64,000 nt of DNA from the IMG/VR virus record IMGVR_UViG_3300048813_000256; one strand, given 5' to 3'. Origin of the DNA: an uncultured virus (IMG/VR IMGVR_UViG_3300048813_000256). Lineage: Duplodnaviria > Heunggongvirae > Uroviricota > Caudoviricetes. Below are positions 39,208 to 50,166 of this stretch, one piece after another. Made by a program: the position numbers and the translations under genes. The notes under the pieces were generated by a model that searched no databases, was not told the DNA's origin, and saw nothing but the letters and a program-made list of their open reading frames with translations. Numbering within the stretch: position 1 is the stretch's first letter; every line of letters starts with the position of its first letter.

Positions 39208-40994
39208 GCGGTTGCCTCTTCCGTGCTGACGGGATGGCCGATCACTGACGGCGGCCCGCTGGTCTTTGCGCTGCGGCCTTTGAGGAACGCCTCCGCCAGC
39301 TTCTTCACATGATTGGGATCGAGCTGTAGCTCCTCGATCATCTCCGCGTCGGGATCGCGGATGCCGGTGAGCTGTTGCGCCTTGACGCCGGCGACGTCGG
39401 CGACGGTGGGGTCGCTGCCTTCTTCCGCGACCAGGAAGTACAGGAAAACCGGCCAGAGCTGGCCATCGCGGTCGAGGCGGCCGCCGAACTGCTCGTGCAC
39501 CGCCGGACACCAATCCAGCTCCGCCACCACTCCCAGGGAACACGCTCGCTGGATGCCGTCGGTCCCGGCGCCGGCGCGCAGCGACATCAGCATCACGCGC
39601 GATTTCCCGCTAATAAATTCGCCCAGGTTCCGCGCCTTCTGGGACGGAGTCTCGCTGCCGGTGTACATGGTGGGATGGAACTCGGCCAGCAGTTGCATGA
39701 GGATGTCGTAGACCCGGCGATGCCAGCAGGCGACCAGCACCTTTTCGTCCTCGTCCCCGGTTTCGAGCAGCATGCGCACAAACGCCGCCACATAGGGCGC
39801 TTTGGCGATGCCGGTGGCCTGGCGCAGCCGCATGTCAAATTCGCCCGCAGCCTGCATCTTCCGTCCCTTGCGGCTTTCTCCGGCCGCCAGGATGGTGCGG
39901 GCGAGGTCCGCACACGACACGGTTTCGCGTTCCAGAAGATCGGAATCGGTTTCGATGGTTTCGACGATGCTCTGCGCCGGCGGCAACTCAATCTTGAGTT
40001 CCTTGCGGGTGCGCCGGAGAAAGGTCCCGGAGCGTCGCAGGTAGCTGCCCAGCGCCCTCGGCTGCTTCACCACTTCGCCGCGGCCGCCGCACCATTCCGT
40101 CGAAAATTCTTCGCGGCTGCCCAGCACTTCGTCGTCGATGCACTGGTAGACGTTCCACATCTCGATCCCGTAGTTGTGCATGGGGGTGTGGCTGGCGCCC
40201 ATGCGGAACTCGACCGCATCGGCAATCGTCTTGGCCGCGAAATATTTGTTGGTGCCGGGATGGCGAAGCTCCTGGCATTCATCCCAGACCACGCTTTTCA
40301 GCAGGGGAGCGAGCGTTCCCGCCCAGCCGGTCAGCTTCTCATAGTTGGTGATGATCACCTGGGGCAGTCCGTCGCCTCGCAGGCAGACCAAGCGGTCGCC
40401 GCGGATGACGTGGAAGCGGCCGGTGAGATCGTACGGCGTTCCTTTTTGCAGGATGTGGACGTTCAAATGGGGTGCGAATCGCCTGAAAAACTTTAGAAAC
40501 TGCCGGGTGAGATGGGGATAGCACACGATCAACGCGGGCTGCAGGCGGGGATCCACGATGCCGGTAATGGCGGTGATGCTTTTGCCGCTGCCCAGATCGT
40601 CGGCCAGAAGCAGTCCGCCGCTCACCTTCCATAATTCGGCGGCGGTGATCTGATACGGGCGCGGCGGCTCGGCCATCGGGTAGGCGATGGCGTCCACGAT
40701 CCCGGCCAGCATGCGCGCGACCAGCGCCTCTTTCTCGCGATGCTCGCGCGATCGCTTCTTGAGACGCCGCCTTACCGCGTCCTCGACCTGGTGGGGATAG
40801 CGTTCGAGAAACCATTCGATCTCGCGGGCGTTCTCCGGAGTGTCGGAGAGCTGGAGCCAGCCCTGCCGTTGCGGAGAGATTTTGGGGAAGATGCGCTTGA
40901 GGCGCAGCGCGACGTGGGGCTGAGTGGAAATCATCCACCCCAGCGCAGGCACAAAAGCGATTTTGCCGAAGCTGGAGATGGTCGCGGGCGTCAT
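39204..40994 (-). CDS. SNF2-family helicase
   Basis: LLADDLGSGKS, WDECQE, HTPMHN, SLRAGAGTDG, DWCPAVHEQ..GRLDRDGQ. Confidence 0.9.
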   Translation of the reverse strand: MTPATISSFGKIAFVPALGWMISTQPHVALRLKRIFPKISPQRQGWLQLSDTPENAREIEWFLERYPHQVEDAVRRRLKKRSREHREKEALVARMLAGIVDAIAYPMAEPPRPYQITAAELWKVSGGLLLADDLGSGKSITAITGIVDPRLQPALIVCYPHLTRQFLKFFRRFAPHLNVHILQKGTPYDLTGRFHVIRGDRLVCLRGDGLPQVIITNYEKLTGWAGTLAPLLKSVVWDECQELRHPGTNKYFAAKTIADAVEFRMGASHTPMHNYGIEMWNVYQCIDDEVLGSREEFSTEWCGGRGEVVKQPRALGSYLRRSGTFLRRTRKELKIELPPAQSIVETIETDSDLLERETVSCADLARTILAAGESRKGRKMQAAGEFDMRLRQATGIAKAPYVAAFVRMLLETGDEDEKVLVACWHRRVYDILMQLLAEFHPTMYTGSETPSQKARNLGEFISGKSRVMLMSLRAGAGTDGIQRACSLGVVAELDWCPAVHEQFGGRLDRDGQLWPVFLYFLVAEEGSDPTVADVAGVKAQQLTGIRDPDAEMIEELQLDPNHVKKLAEAFLKGRSAKTSGPPSVIGHPVSTEEATA

Positions 40995-41377
40995 AGCCCT
41001 AGGCCTCCGATCAGGGCGACGGCCAGGGCTTTGCCATTCAGGGAATCGGGCATCTGCGCCGCCTGCAGCCGGCGGGTGGTAACCAGCACCAGCCCGGCGA
41101 TGAATTCGTGTCCCGCGTAGCGTTCGAGCTGGCGGAGGACCTCCGCCGTGCGGCCCTTGATTTTGATTTCAATGGCGATGCTGGAATCGGTCAGCAGGAA
41201 GTCGAGGCGATCCCGCGCGGTCAACCGGAATTCCCGCTGGTAGGCGATGCGGCCGCGGTCCAGAATTTCGGCGATGGCCAGCTGCACATCGCCCTCGTCG
41301 GCAAAGCGGATGCGGAAGCCGCCCAGCAGGCCGGCGACGGAAGCTGGCGTTAGCGCGGGACGGGCCATGGTGCTCAT
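40991..41377 (-). CDS. PD-(D/E)xK nuclease-like protein
   Basis: YQREFRL...RLDFLL...IAIEIKIKG..QLERY. Confidence 0.65.
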   Translation of the reverse strand: MSTMARPALTPASVAGLLGGFRIRFADEGDVQLAIAEILDRGRIAYQREFRLTARDRLDFLLTDSSIAIEIKIKGRTAEVLRQLERYAGHEFIAGLVLVTTRRLQAAQMPDSLNGKALAVALIGGLGL

Positions 41378-42033
41378 GTTTGCCTCCGTCTGAGATTGCC
41401 GTCGCGGTCCATCTCCATCGAACCGAGCGGATAGAATTCCTGCGGAAATCGCCCGTGCCACTTGCCGGTAAAACACGCGCTGCAATACTCGCCGTTGGGA
41501 TCGAGCCCCTTCTTGACGAGTTCTTCCGGCGCGATCCTGTGGGCGAGATAGCCGCCCTCGGATAGCGCCGTGTTCTCGCGCCCGCCGCACTTGGAACACT
41601 GAAACAGACTCACGCTGCTGCCTCCGCCGCTTTGTCGAGAAAATGTCTGGGGCGTCCGCGTTCGCGCATCGCCTCTAAATGATTGGCCTGGTCGTTGGTC
41701 AGCAGATCCATGAACCAAAGCTGGTGCGGACCTGCTCATCCATCGCCGGCGTCCAGTGGGCTTCCGCCGGCATTTTGGAGTGCTGCATTTCTTCATGCTC
41801 GAATCCCTAGCACGCCACGCTCCTCTGGCGCCTCGTCCTCGGCACGAAGGTGCGGTCGCTCCGCATCTGGCGGTCGAGATTGATTTTCCCGATGAGCCGG
41901 AACTTCACCGTGAACCGGCGCTCCTTGCCACGCGGCTTACCTATGCGCTCCACACGCAGCAGACGGCGCTTTTCGTAGAACAGATCGCCGCGCTGCAGCT
42001 TCTCGCCCTCGGTTTTGACTTCGACTTCGAAGA

Positions 42034-42285
42034 TCATGCCGCCTTGACCTTCCTCCGCAGATAGTCCACCGCGTCCTGCACGGTGACGATTCTTTCCGCG
42101 TCCTCGTCGCCGATGATGATCTCGAATTTTTCCTCGAACTCCATCACCAGCTCCACGGTGTCGAGCGAGTCCGCACCCAGGTCGTCCACGAATTTTGCGG
42201 TTGGCGTTACGTCTGATTCGTCAACCCCGAGTTGCTGCACGATGATCTCGCGCACTTTGTCGAAGAGTGTGTCTTTGCTGCTCAT
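42034..42285 (-). CDS. acpP: Acyl carrier protein
   Basis: [48 protein letters not shown]. Confidence 0.95.
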   Translation of the reverse strand: MSSKDTLFDKVREIIVQQLGVDESDVTPTAKFVDDLGADSLDTVELVMEFEEKFEIIIGDEDAERIVTVQDAVDYLRRKVKAA

Positions 42286-43229
42286 GCCGCTACCGCCTTT
42301 CTTTTTTTCTGTCGTTGCAGCCGGATCACTTCGTGACCGGGATAGGGTTTGGGGAACTCGCGCCACTCGCGGCCGTCGAGCACGGCGCCGGAGTGCTTCT
42401 TGCCCACGCGGAGCATGTAAGCGCCGCCCTTCTCGCGCCAGCCCGGATCGAGCATGCCCTTTCCGCCGCCAGGATGCTCTCGCTCCTGATAACTTCCCCA
42501 CTCGCCCCACTGCTTGAAAAAGAAGGGGACGCCGGCAGCAACACACTGATCGCGCAGCGATCGCACCCAATCGGGGTGCATGGGACGCGCGCCCCGGCCG
42601 CTTTCCCCTCCGGCAATTGCCCAGCCAATCCCCTGCAAATTGACTTCGCCCAGATCCTCGAGCAGCGGTTCGAAGCTCACCATGCGGACGGCCGCCGGCG
42701 CTTCGCGCAAGCGATCGAGACGGTAGAGATAGCGCCGGCTTTCGACCGAGACTCCGGGCCAGAAGTTGGGCAGCGGCCAGCGCCACACTTCGGCGGGACC
42801 CCCGTAGGAGCTGGCCTGGGGCATGCGCGGTGCCAGAGATTTCAGGGCAAAGCTCTGGAAATATTCCAGCATGCGGTCGGCGCGCTTGGTCAGTGCCTGA
42901 TAGGTGATCCTTCGCGTGCACGCGACGGTGTACAGAACACTGGCAATGAAAGAGAAGGGCACGTCCTCGTGGAAGAGATCGGCCATGGAGTTGATGAAGC
43001 ACAGGCGGGGCGCGCGCCAGTGGAGCGGAATCTCCAGGCGGTCAGGCCAGCATTGCACCTGCTCGAAGGGCACGGAATACTGCGCCGGCATTTTCTTCCC
43101 GTTGAGCCACGCCTTATGCCGCATGTCGTGTAGCGCCTTGGCATAGCAGCGAGTGCAGCCGGGCGAGATCTTGTCGCATCCCGTGACCGGGTTCCAGGTT
43201 TCGTCGGTCCACTCAATCGTTGTGCTCAT
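42282..43229 (-). CDS. DUF5131 (Gp37Gp68) radical-SAM-like protein
   Basis: [56 protein letters not shown]. Confidence 0.93.
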   Translation of the reverse strand: MSTTIEWTDETWNPVTGCDKISPGCTRCYAKALHDMRHKAWLNGKKMPAQYSVPFEQVQCWPDRLEIPLHWRAPRLCFINSMADLFHEDVPFSFIASVLYTVACTRRITYQALTKRADRMLEYFQSFALKSLAPRMPQASSYGGPAEVWRWPLPNFWPGVSVESRRYLYRLDRLREAPAAVRMVSFEPLLEDLGEVNLQGIGWAIAGGESGRGARPMHPDWVRSLRDQCVAAGVPFFFKQWGEWGSYQEREHPGGGKGMLDPGWREKGGAYMLRVGKKHSGAVLDGREWREFPKPYPGHEVIRLQRQKKRKAVAA

Positions 43230-43941
43230 GCTTGGCCTCGTCTTCCGGATTTCTGGGATGCACATAGCCCCAATTCATGCCCAGCGGAGTGATATCGAAT
43301 TCCTCGCGCAGCCGCGGCCACGCTTCGTTCGTCCAGTGGCACATCACCTGCGCGCGGTAGGGATTCGGACCGCCTTCGCCGATGGTTCCCTGACAGCTCG
43401 CGTCCGTACGCACGCCCGGAATGGTGTTGAGATAGACCACCAGGTCCGCGATGCCGAGATCGGCGTCGACCCAAACCTGCACTGGACGGGTTTTGTGGGG
43501 CAGGCTCACCGCTTCGCCTCCACGCCGTCTTTGCGCGCCTTGGTAGGTTCGCACCAGCTCACCCCCGCTGTACATGTAGACCGTTGCCATGATCTTCTCC
43601 TGAAAGCTCCTCTCCTGAAAGCCACTCTTCCTCGCCCTTCTTCGGCTTCGCCGGTGGCTGCGGCTTTGCAACCGGCGCGGGCAGCACGTCCAGTTTGCCC
43701 GGCGCCATGACCACGGCCGCTTCGGGATGCGGCGCCGAGAACATCGCGCCCAGCTCCCAAGTCGGAACCTGCGCCAGGTACGCATCGTCCAACCGGCGCG
43801 GATCGCACTCCACGAAGGGCTGCAATTTTGTCCGGCCATTTGTCCGGGATTTTGTCGCCGCCTTTGGCGCGGGCCTCGTCAGTCCCGCCAGTTTTCGAAC
43901 TGGCAGATCGGTAATCACTGGCGGGTTGGTGCTGCTGCGTT

Positions 43942-44406
43942 TCATGCGCTCTTCGCGGGATGATTCTTCGCCCGCAGCTGCTTCTGCTGATTTTCCTCGA
44001 ACGCCTGATAGACCGTTTTGCCGTCCGCTTGTACGGCGTAGGGCAGGAATACTTCGGCGAGCTGGGCTGCGCCCGCTTCGACAATCGCCATCTGTGCCGC
44101 CACCCAATCCTTCAAAATGCGCCACGCCACTTTGCGGGGCTGATCCACCGAGCGCCCGCCTTTCTGATGGGAACGGGCAGCCACGCCCTGCCGCTCCATC
44201 GCCGCGCCGACGCCTTCGACGTTCGCTGGCAGCCGGAAGTGAATCATCTGGCCGGCCACGGGGAAATTGAAGCCCACGCCCTCGGCCTTGCCCGTGCCGT
44301 CGTAATCCACCTGCACGCTGCGCGCTCCGTGCGAGGCCAGCATGGAACTGATCTCGCCGATGGTGCGGTCTACGCCGACTTCCGTGGTGTAGTTCTTAAT
44401 GGGCAC
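43942..44406 (-). CDS. Conserved phage hypothetical protein
   Basis: MPIKNYTT..TIGEI..HGA, FRLPAN, VAWRILKDWV.AQMA, EVFLPY. Confidence 0.75.
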   Translation of the reverse strand: MPIKNYTTEVGVDRTIGEISSMLASHGARSVQVDYDGTGKAEGVGFNFPVAGQMIHFRLPANVEGVGAAMERQGVAARSHQKGGRSVDQPRKVAWRILKDWVAAQMAIVEAGAAQLAEVFLPYAVQADGKTVYQAFEENQQKQLRAKNHPAKSA

Positions 44407-44408
44407 GC

Positions 44409-45488
44409 TTATGCCTCCTGCTTCTCCGGCACCGTCGCCTCTGCTTTCTCAGGCTGGGGTGGTTTCGCCAGCTCCGCCTCGCGCTCCATGACGCGGCGCC
44501 CGGCATCGATCTGGCGCTGCCGGATTTCCTCGTCGGTCAACGTGTGGCCGGCTTCGCTCTCCATGCGCGCGCGGATAAAGTCGTGCTCTCGTTTTCTGCG
44601 TTCTGCCCGCTCCGCGTCACTCAGCGGCGAAGGTTTGGGTTTGGGTGGATCAGCCTTTAGTTCCTCGGGGAGAGAGCCCGCCATCTGCATCCTGGCCAGC
44701 ATGCCGGTTATGCCCGGAACATTCGCCAGCTTCGCTAGAGGATCGATCTCCCGATAAGCGACCTCGCCGGTCAGCAGCCCTTTCGCTTCTGCCGCCGGCA
44801 GCATGTGCGCGAAGTCATTACGCCGTTCGCCGGGGACAAACTGGATCGCGGCGTCCAGGCTGATGCGTTTCTCCTGCACGGCCGCGGCCAGCGCCGACAA
44901 GCGCTGCTCAACGTCGAAGCCGGCGCTGATCGTCCATTCCACAGGCCTGCCCTGGGAGCGCGCTTGCGCCAGTTCTTTTTCGTAGCGTTCCTTGAAAGCC
45001 ATGCGCGCGCCGATCTGGTCACCCTCCAAAAGCAAACTACGGCACGCGAAGTAGGCGGCGCGTTCTTCCTCGCGCCACACGATTGTGTCGTCCTCCATGC
45101 GATCGCCCTTGGGCATTCTGGCCCACGCTTCCTCCGGGCCCGGGCGTCCATCCGCGTGTGGCCCGGCGCCGGCCATCTTGCGGATATAGCTTACCGGCGG
45201 AAGCTTGGGATACTCGTATTCGCGCCGCACTTTTACGAACGCCAGGGCCAGCGCGTCGCGGGGAATGTCGGCAAGATCCTCGGCACAGGTTTCCAGGCGT
45301 TCGGTGGTCACAGCATCGCCGAGAGAGATGGCGACCAGAGTCAATTGTTCAACGATCCAAATCTTGAAACTCGACTGCATTTTGCAACTCGCCCGCTCTT
45401 CATCCTCCACCGTGTCGCCGACGGATGTTTGCTTTGGCCTGCTCGCAGGCATCGAGCGCTCGTTCGGCCTGAGTAAGTTTTCTTCCAT
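44409..45488 (-). CDS. Replication-associated (helicase loader-like) protein
   Basis: Follows the initiator; GRPGPEEAWA, GDQIGARMAFKERY motifs. Confidence 0.6.
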   Translation of the reverse strand: MEENLLRPNERSMPASRPKQTSVGDTVEDEERASCKMQSSFKIWIVEQLTLVAISLGDAVTTERLETCAEDLADIPRDALALAFVKVRREYEYPKLPPVSYIRKMAGAGPHADGRPGPEEAWARMPKGDRMEDDTIVWREEERAAYFACRSLLLEGDQIGARMAFKERYEKELAQARSQGRPVEWTISAGFDVEQRLSALAAAVQEKRISLDAAIQFVPGERRNDFAHMLPAAEAKGLLTGEVAYREIDPLAKLANVPGITGMLARMQMAGSLPEELKADPPKPKPSPLSDAERAERRKREHDFIRARMESEAGHTLTDEEIRQRQIDAGRRVMEREAELAKPPQPEKAEATVPEKQEA

Positions 45489-46212
45489 TTCCACTGCCTC
45501 CCTGACGCCACTTCGTGTCTTCGAAATACCACTTGTTGATGGCCACGCCCCGGCGCTGGTCGTCGAGCGCGGCGTGTGCGATCGCTCGCGCCGTCTCCTC
45601 GATGTCACGACCGGAGAATTTGGCTTCCGCCACGATGCCGGCTTCGACTCTGCTTTGATTCCCCGTAGTGATGGGCATGCCGATCATCTCCATCACGCGC
45701 ACTGCTGCCTGTTGCAACTTCGGAATCTCGATCTCGGGCACTTGGTCCTCCTGGGCTGGAATTTCGTCGGGCGCGGTATTCTTTCCCTTGGGATCTTTGG
45801 CTTGCTCTAGACCTTTCCCTTCTTCCTTATTGCCCCCCCCGATTTTGTCGCACGGCTCCGGTTGATTTTGTCGCACGGCTCCGGCTGATTTTGTCGCACG
45901 GCTCGAGGTTGCAGAGGGAAGCTCGAAGAGGAAAACGTATTGCGCCTCGCGGAAACGCTGGCTGGAAACCGCCCGCGGCTGCTGGCGTTTGATAGCGCCC
46001 CAAGCCACCAGTTGGTCGACCGCCCGGTCGACAGTCCGCACGCTGCGGCCGCAGTAGCTGGCAATCGCCTTACGCTCCGGCCAGCAGTTCCCGGTGCGGC
46101 GATTGCGGTGGGCCAGCAGGCAGGACATCACAGCCGTGTGCAGCGGCTTCCAAGCGGAGCCGTGCTGGGCGGCGAGACGCGCGATCACCTTCACTTCCAG
46201 AGCACCGAGCAT
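45400..46212 (-). CDS. Phage replication initiator (wHTH) with internal iterons
   Basis: HRNRRTGNCWP...IA..CGRSVRTVDRAVDQL. Confidence 0.75.
   Translation of the reverse strand: MLGALEVKVIARLAAQHGSAWKPLHTAVMSCLLAHRNRRTGNCWPERKAIASYCGRSVRTVDRAVDQLVAWGAIKRQQPRAVSSQRFREAQYVFLFELPSATSSRATKSAGAVRQNQPEPCDKIGGGNKEEGKGLEQAKDPKGKNTAPDEIPAQEDQVPEIEIPKLQQAAVRVMEMIGMPITTGNQSRVEAGIVAEAKFSGRDIEETARAIAHAALDDQRRGVAINKWYFEDTKWRQGGSGNGRKLTQAERALDACEQAKANIRRRHGGG
45841..45904. repeat. Three tandem 23-bp-period iterons (putative origin)
   Basis: gattttgtcgcacggctc at 45841, 45864 and 45887. Confidence 0.85.
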
Positions 46213-46760
46213 TTTGTCCAGGAGAGCCGGGAGCCAGTACTGGCTTTTTCCGACCGGGGCAGGAATATCAGTTTGTCAAGCTTTGGGGAAGAGGCAGAAG
46301 CGGTTCCTGGTGGAGATGCTGTTGGAAAAAGAAAAAAGCTGTGGATTGCCGGGGAAAACCAGTTTCCAATCGAGGCAAAATGGGCCGAATCCCGCTGCGG
46401 GCGATCTTTCATTGCGTCGGTCCGGGCAAGCCACTACTGGGTTTTCCTCACCGGATCACAGGTGTGCACAGCAAATAGCGGGAATCAGAATGTCGCGGCT
46501 GTGCTAGAGTGCGTCCACTGTGCCCGATCTCAAGATAGCATCCTTGGCGGCGATTCTCTCGGCGCGCTTCCTCTCTCGGGGCGCGGCCCGAAGAATCTCC
46601 AGCGCGCCTCCACACCGCCAGCGCGCCATCGCGTCGACCGGCTGCTCGAGGCGGAGGCGGAATGGTGCTTGCGGGCCGAGACCGGCGAACTGCTGGATTG
46701 GTGGTACGGCGACGGCAGAGGCGCGCACAGCCACAACTGAGCGGGGACTCTCGACAGTTT

Positions 46761-46979
46761 CTATGGCGTGGTGGCTGGCGCCGCCTTGCGCTTTCTGGCC
46801 TTCTTCCTCGGGCGTCCGCCTTTCCGTCCCCAGCGCGCGAGTTGCTCGTGAGTATATTTGATGGCGGTGGCGGCGCCGCCTTTAGAGGCGATGCAGCGCG
46901 GGCATACCAGGAGAGTGAGGGGATGGATGGGACAGCAGATCTCTTCTTCGGCCTCGGCGCCCTGCAAGACTTCCCACAC
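46761..46979 (-). CDS. Small Zn-finger/KGG-like basic protein
   Basis: CPIH..LVCPRC..KGG..WGRKGGRPRK; similar to ORF 62127-62402. Confidence 0.5.
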   Translation of the reverse strand: MWEVLQGAEAEEEICCPIHPLTLLVCPRCIASKGGAATAIKYTHEQLARWGRKGGRPRKKARKRKAAPATTP

Positions 46980-47451
46980 GGCGCGCTAACAATTGCACGC
47001 CGTCCGGCTTGGCTAGAAGATGGGCTAGTGTCGGGAAACGGTCTACTACCGCGGTTTGAAAAGAGGCACGCCAGACCTCGAAAGTTTCGCTGGCGGCCGG
47101 CTTCTCGCGGCCCATGGAGCTCGCCCCCCTTCCCGGGAATAAAAAACAGCTCCCGTGGTACAGAAGGCCCCAGGGATCGTCGTTGCTCTTATATACCACA
47201 TTCGGTGATCCTAGAAGCCAGCCGGAGGCTTGTTATTTTACGTTCCATTTTCCGGAAAGGCGCGGCGGGCACGTCTCGTCCTCTGCCGAGATTTCGGCAC
47301 GGTGCCGACGAATCGGCACTTTGGCGAGAAGGGAACTCCTTGAAAAGGGGAATTATATACATGAGTCGCTAACCCTTTCAGAACAAAACGACTAAAGTTC
47401 TTGACAAAATGCAGCGAGTTATCTACTATATAGGAAGTTGAGGAGAACGAA

Positions 47452-47913
47452 ATGGCTGAGATAACTGGGTATATCCACTGCACCGGATGCGGATTGTTAA
47501 TCGAGAGGGATCGAGGTATCACCTGCCACCCCCAATGCAAATCGGAGACCGCGAGACGGGAAGATGATGATCTGACCCTAATCCTAACTCCGAAACTTTG
47601 CCCACATCCAAGGTGCGAAGAATTGCTTGATGGTAATGGCTTGATCTACTGGTGCGGGTCAGGGCATATCTTCGATGCTGAACCATTGCATTCATCAGGC
47701 GGTCATTCCTCTGTGGAAGCTGGTTGGTTGATAGAAAAACGCCCTGCTTTGTATGGTGGCGCCCCGCAATGGCTGATAGCGAGTTGGACTTTTGAATGGA
47801 CAACGGATTCTGCAAAGGCCATCCGGTTTTGCCGACGCGAAGATGCAGAACAGATTGCTTCCATGCTGGAATCGGAGGAAGTGAGCATTACGGAACACCA
47901 GTGGGGAAGTTAA
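47452..47913 (+). CDS. IS passenger protein, Cys-rich
   Basis: GAGGAG RBS; lies inside the TIRs. Confidence 0.6.
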   Translation: MAEITGYIHCTGCGLLIERDRGITCHPQCKSETARREDDDLTLILTPKLCPHPRCEELLDGNGLIYWCGSGHIFDAEPLHSSGGHSSVEAGWLIEKRPALYGGAPQWLIASWTFEWTTDSAKAIRFCRREDAEQIASMLESEEVSITEHQWGS

Positions 47914-47916
47914 GTT

Positions 47917-48843
47917 ATGAGCAAATCTACAATCAGCACCTTTCAACTTTTCGAGATGTTCCCGACCCCTGAGTCGGCACGGCTCTATCTCGAATCGCGG
48001 ATTTGGCCCGATGGTCCGTTCTGCCCTGAATGTAAGAACCGTGAGCGCATCGGCAAGCAACCCAAGGTTGGCTTCTATCGCTGCAATGCCTGTTCTCTCG
48101 ATTTCACGATCCGTACAGGGACGATCTTCGAGCGCAGCCATATTCCGTTGCACAAATGGCTCTATGCCATGTACCTGCTCGTAACCGCACGCAAGGGCAT
48201 CTCCAGCTTGCAATTGGGGAAAGAGATCGGTGTTACCCAGAAGTCGGCATGGTTCATGCTCCAACGTCTCCGCGAGGCGTGCGGCTCTGGCGATGACCTT
48301 GACAAGTTGCGCGGCATCGTCGAAGTAGACGAATGCTTCATCGGTGGAAAAGAGCGCAACAAGCACGAACACAAAAAACTCAAGGCCGGACGTGGAAGCG
48401 TCGGGAAGACGGCTGTCGTAGGACTCAGGGAGCGCGGCGGACGCACCGTAGCGATGCCGATTGAGGCTACCGACATGGCCGCGCTGCAATCGGCTGTCCA
48501 TGCCAACGTCGAAGTAGGTTCCACGATCTTTACGGACGAAGCGACCGGATACGTCGGCCTTGACGGTCTGTTCTTTCGGCACGAAGCGATCAATCACACG
48601 GCTGGAATCTACTCCGAGAACGGCGTTAGCACGAACAGCATTGAATCCGTTTGGGCCGTACTCAAGCGCGGAGTGTATGGCGTTTACCATCAGGTTTCCA
48701 AGAAGCATCTGCACCGCTACGTGGATGAGTTTACGTTCCGCCTGAACGTCGGCAATGTGAGCCGTCACACTCTGGAGCGGCTGGATTCGTTCGTAGTCGC
48801 GGTAGTCGGAAAGCATCTCACCTACAAGGAACTGACAGCATGA
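47917..48843 (+). CDS. IS1595-family DDE transposase
   Basis: Same motifs as 34591-35508; closely related but not identical. Confidence 0.95.
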   Translation: MSKSTISTFQLFEMFPTPESARLYLESRIWPDGPFCPECKNRERIGKQPKVGFYRCNACSLDFTIRTGTIFERSHIPLHKWLYAMYLLVTARKGISSLQLGKEIGVTQKSAWFMLQRLREACGSGDDLDKLRGIVEVDECFIGGKERNKHEHKKLKAGRGSVGKTAVVGLRERGGRTVAMPIEATDMAALQSAVHANVEVGSTIFTDEATGYVGLDGLFFRHEAINHTAGIYSENGVSTNSIESVWAVLKRGVYGVYHQVSKKHLHRYVDEFTFRLNVGNVSRHTLERLDSFVVAVVGKHLTYKELTA

Positions 48844-48977
48844 AAACTCCCCCAGAGCTAGATCGAATCGCGGACAAAGTTCTCTCGTATCGTCCGAAAC
48901 CCAAGACCAAAGCGGCCAAGCGCCGGAAGCGGAGAGATCAGTATGCAAAGCGTCGAAGGAGCGAGTCATCTATATAA
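48840..48977 (+). CDS. Small basic IS-associated ORF
   Basis: MKTPPELDRIADKVLSYRPKPK...; ATGA overlap with the transposase stop. Confidence 0.6.
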   Translation: MKTPPELDRIADKVLSYRPKPKTKAAKRRKRRDQYAKRRRSESSI

Positions 48978-49469
48978 TTCCCTTGAAAAGATTAGGGACG
49001 GGCTGGCGGCGAGATCGACAGCATCCAGATTGTCTTGTTACGAAATCCGAAAAAAGGGCCAAGCCAGCGGGTGCGTTTTTGACCTAGCCAGCCGGTGCCT
49101 TTCGGCTGGAAAATGGACGAAAGCCAGCGGCTAGGTTGGGGGCAGGCGTGTGCGCCGAAAGCCACCTGTGGCTAGATCGCGCTGTGGAAACTGCAGCACC
49201 TTCCTGGCAAAGGCTTTAGGGGAGATTCACAGCGGCGAACGATCCTCGATTTCCACAACTTATTCACTCCGACATACGCTAGATTTGCACGATTCGCAGA
49301 CTCGGCTATTTCCGCGATTGACAGACTTTTGTGCGAGGGCGTAAAGTGAGCCGCATCTGATCCTCGAGCTGTTCCGCTCACTGGGAAGTCAGAAAAGAAC
49401 AATCTGAGTGGCCGTGGTCGGCACGCCTAGGGTGACCACCCAAACTCTTTTGGAACAGGAGCCACGAGT

Positions 49470-49796
49470 ATGCCCAGCCTCGCGGCTGAGCGCAAGACAG
49501 CGCCAGCATCGAACGTCCCGTCCCCGCCACCTCTCACCATCAGCGAGATCGCCGTACAATGGAACGTGAGTTATGACACGGTCCGGCGCCAGTTCCTCAA
49601 CGAGCCGGGCGTGCTGCACTTCGGCGAAAGCAGCCGTCTGCTGCGCGGCCGCAAACAAAAATACAAGCGCGGTTACCAGGTGTTGCGCATTCCGCACGCG
49701 GTCTTTCTGCGCGTGCAGGCCCGCCTGATGCGGTATGCGCCGGAGTCCGCCTTCGTGGCCCCGGCCGCTCCCGCGGAAAGGATGGCTGCCTCGTGA
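49470..49796 (+). CDS. HTH DNA-binding protein
   Basis: LTISEIAVQWNVSYDTVRRQFLNEPGV...LRIP. Confidence 0.7.
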   Translation: MPSLAAERKTAPASNVPSPPPLTISEIAVQWNVSYDTVRRQFLNEPGVLHFGESSRLLRGRKQKYKRGYQVLRIPHAVFLRVQARLMRYAPESAFVAPAAPAERMAAS

Positions 49797-50038
49797 GCGC
49801 GGCCCTGGCCAGCAAACTGATGGATCCGGCGGAAAGAAAACGGCCCTCGGCCCCGGTGCGGCGGAGAATGCTGAAAACCCGCGAAGCGGCGGAATACCTG
49901 GGAATCAGCGCGTGGACGATCCGCGATCTCGCGAAAACCGGCAAGCTGCCGTACCTGCAGAATGGGGACGGCTGGCTCACCTTCGATCTCCGCGATCTTG
50001 ACGCCTACGTGGACCGCAACAAGCGCGTCGGGACCTGA
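49793..50038 (+). CDS. xis: Excisionase-type HTH protein
   Basis: MLKTREAAEYLGISAWTIRDL..GKLP...DLDAYV; directly upstream of the integrase. Confidence 0.8.
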   Translation: MSAALASKLMDPAERKRPSAPVRRRMLKTREAAEYLGISAWTIRDLAKTGKLPYLQNGDGWLTFDLRDLDAYVDRNKRVGT

Positions 50039-50166
50039 GACGGGAATCGAAGGGACGTAGCGCGCGTAGTTCATCGTAGCTTATGCGGGTGATCTCGTTT
50101 ACACTGGGCGCGGCTCGGCGGGATCGTCTGTCTCCGGGCCTATTCCGAGAGCAAGGAGCGCCAGAC

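Larger units (their letters stand above)
47348..48982 (+). mobile_element. IS1595-family element (1635 bp)
   Basis: TIRs GGGAATTATATACATGAGTCGCT and agcgagtcatctatataattccc (21/23 match); TSD TTGAAAAG at 47340-47347 and 48983-48990. Confidence 0.95.
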
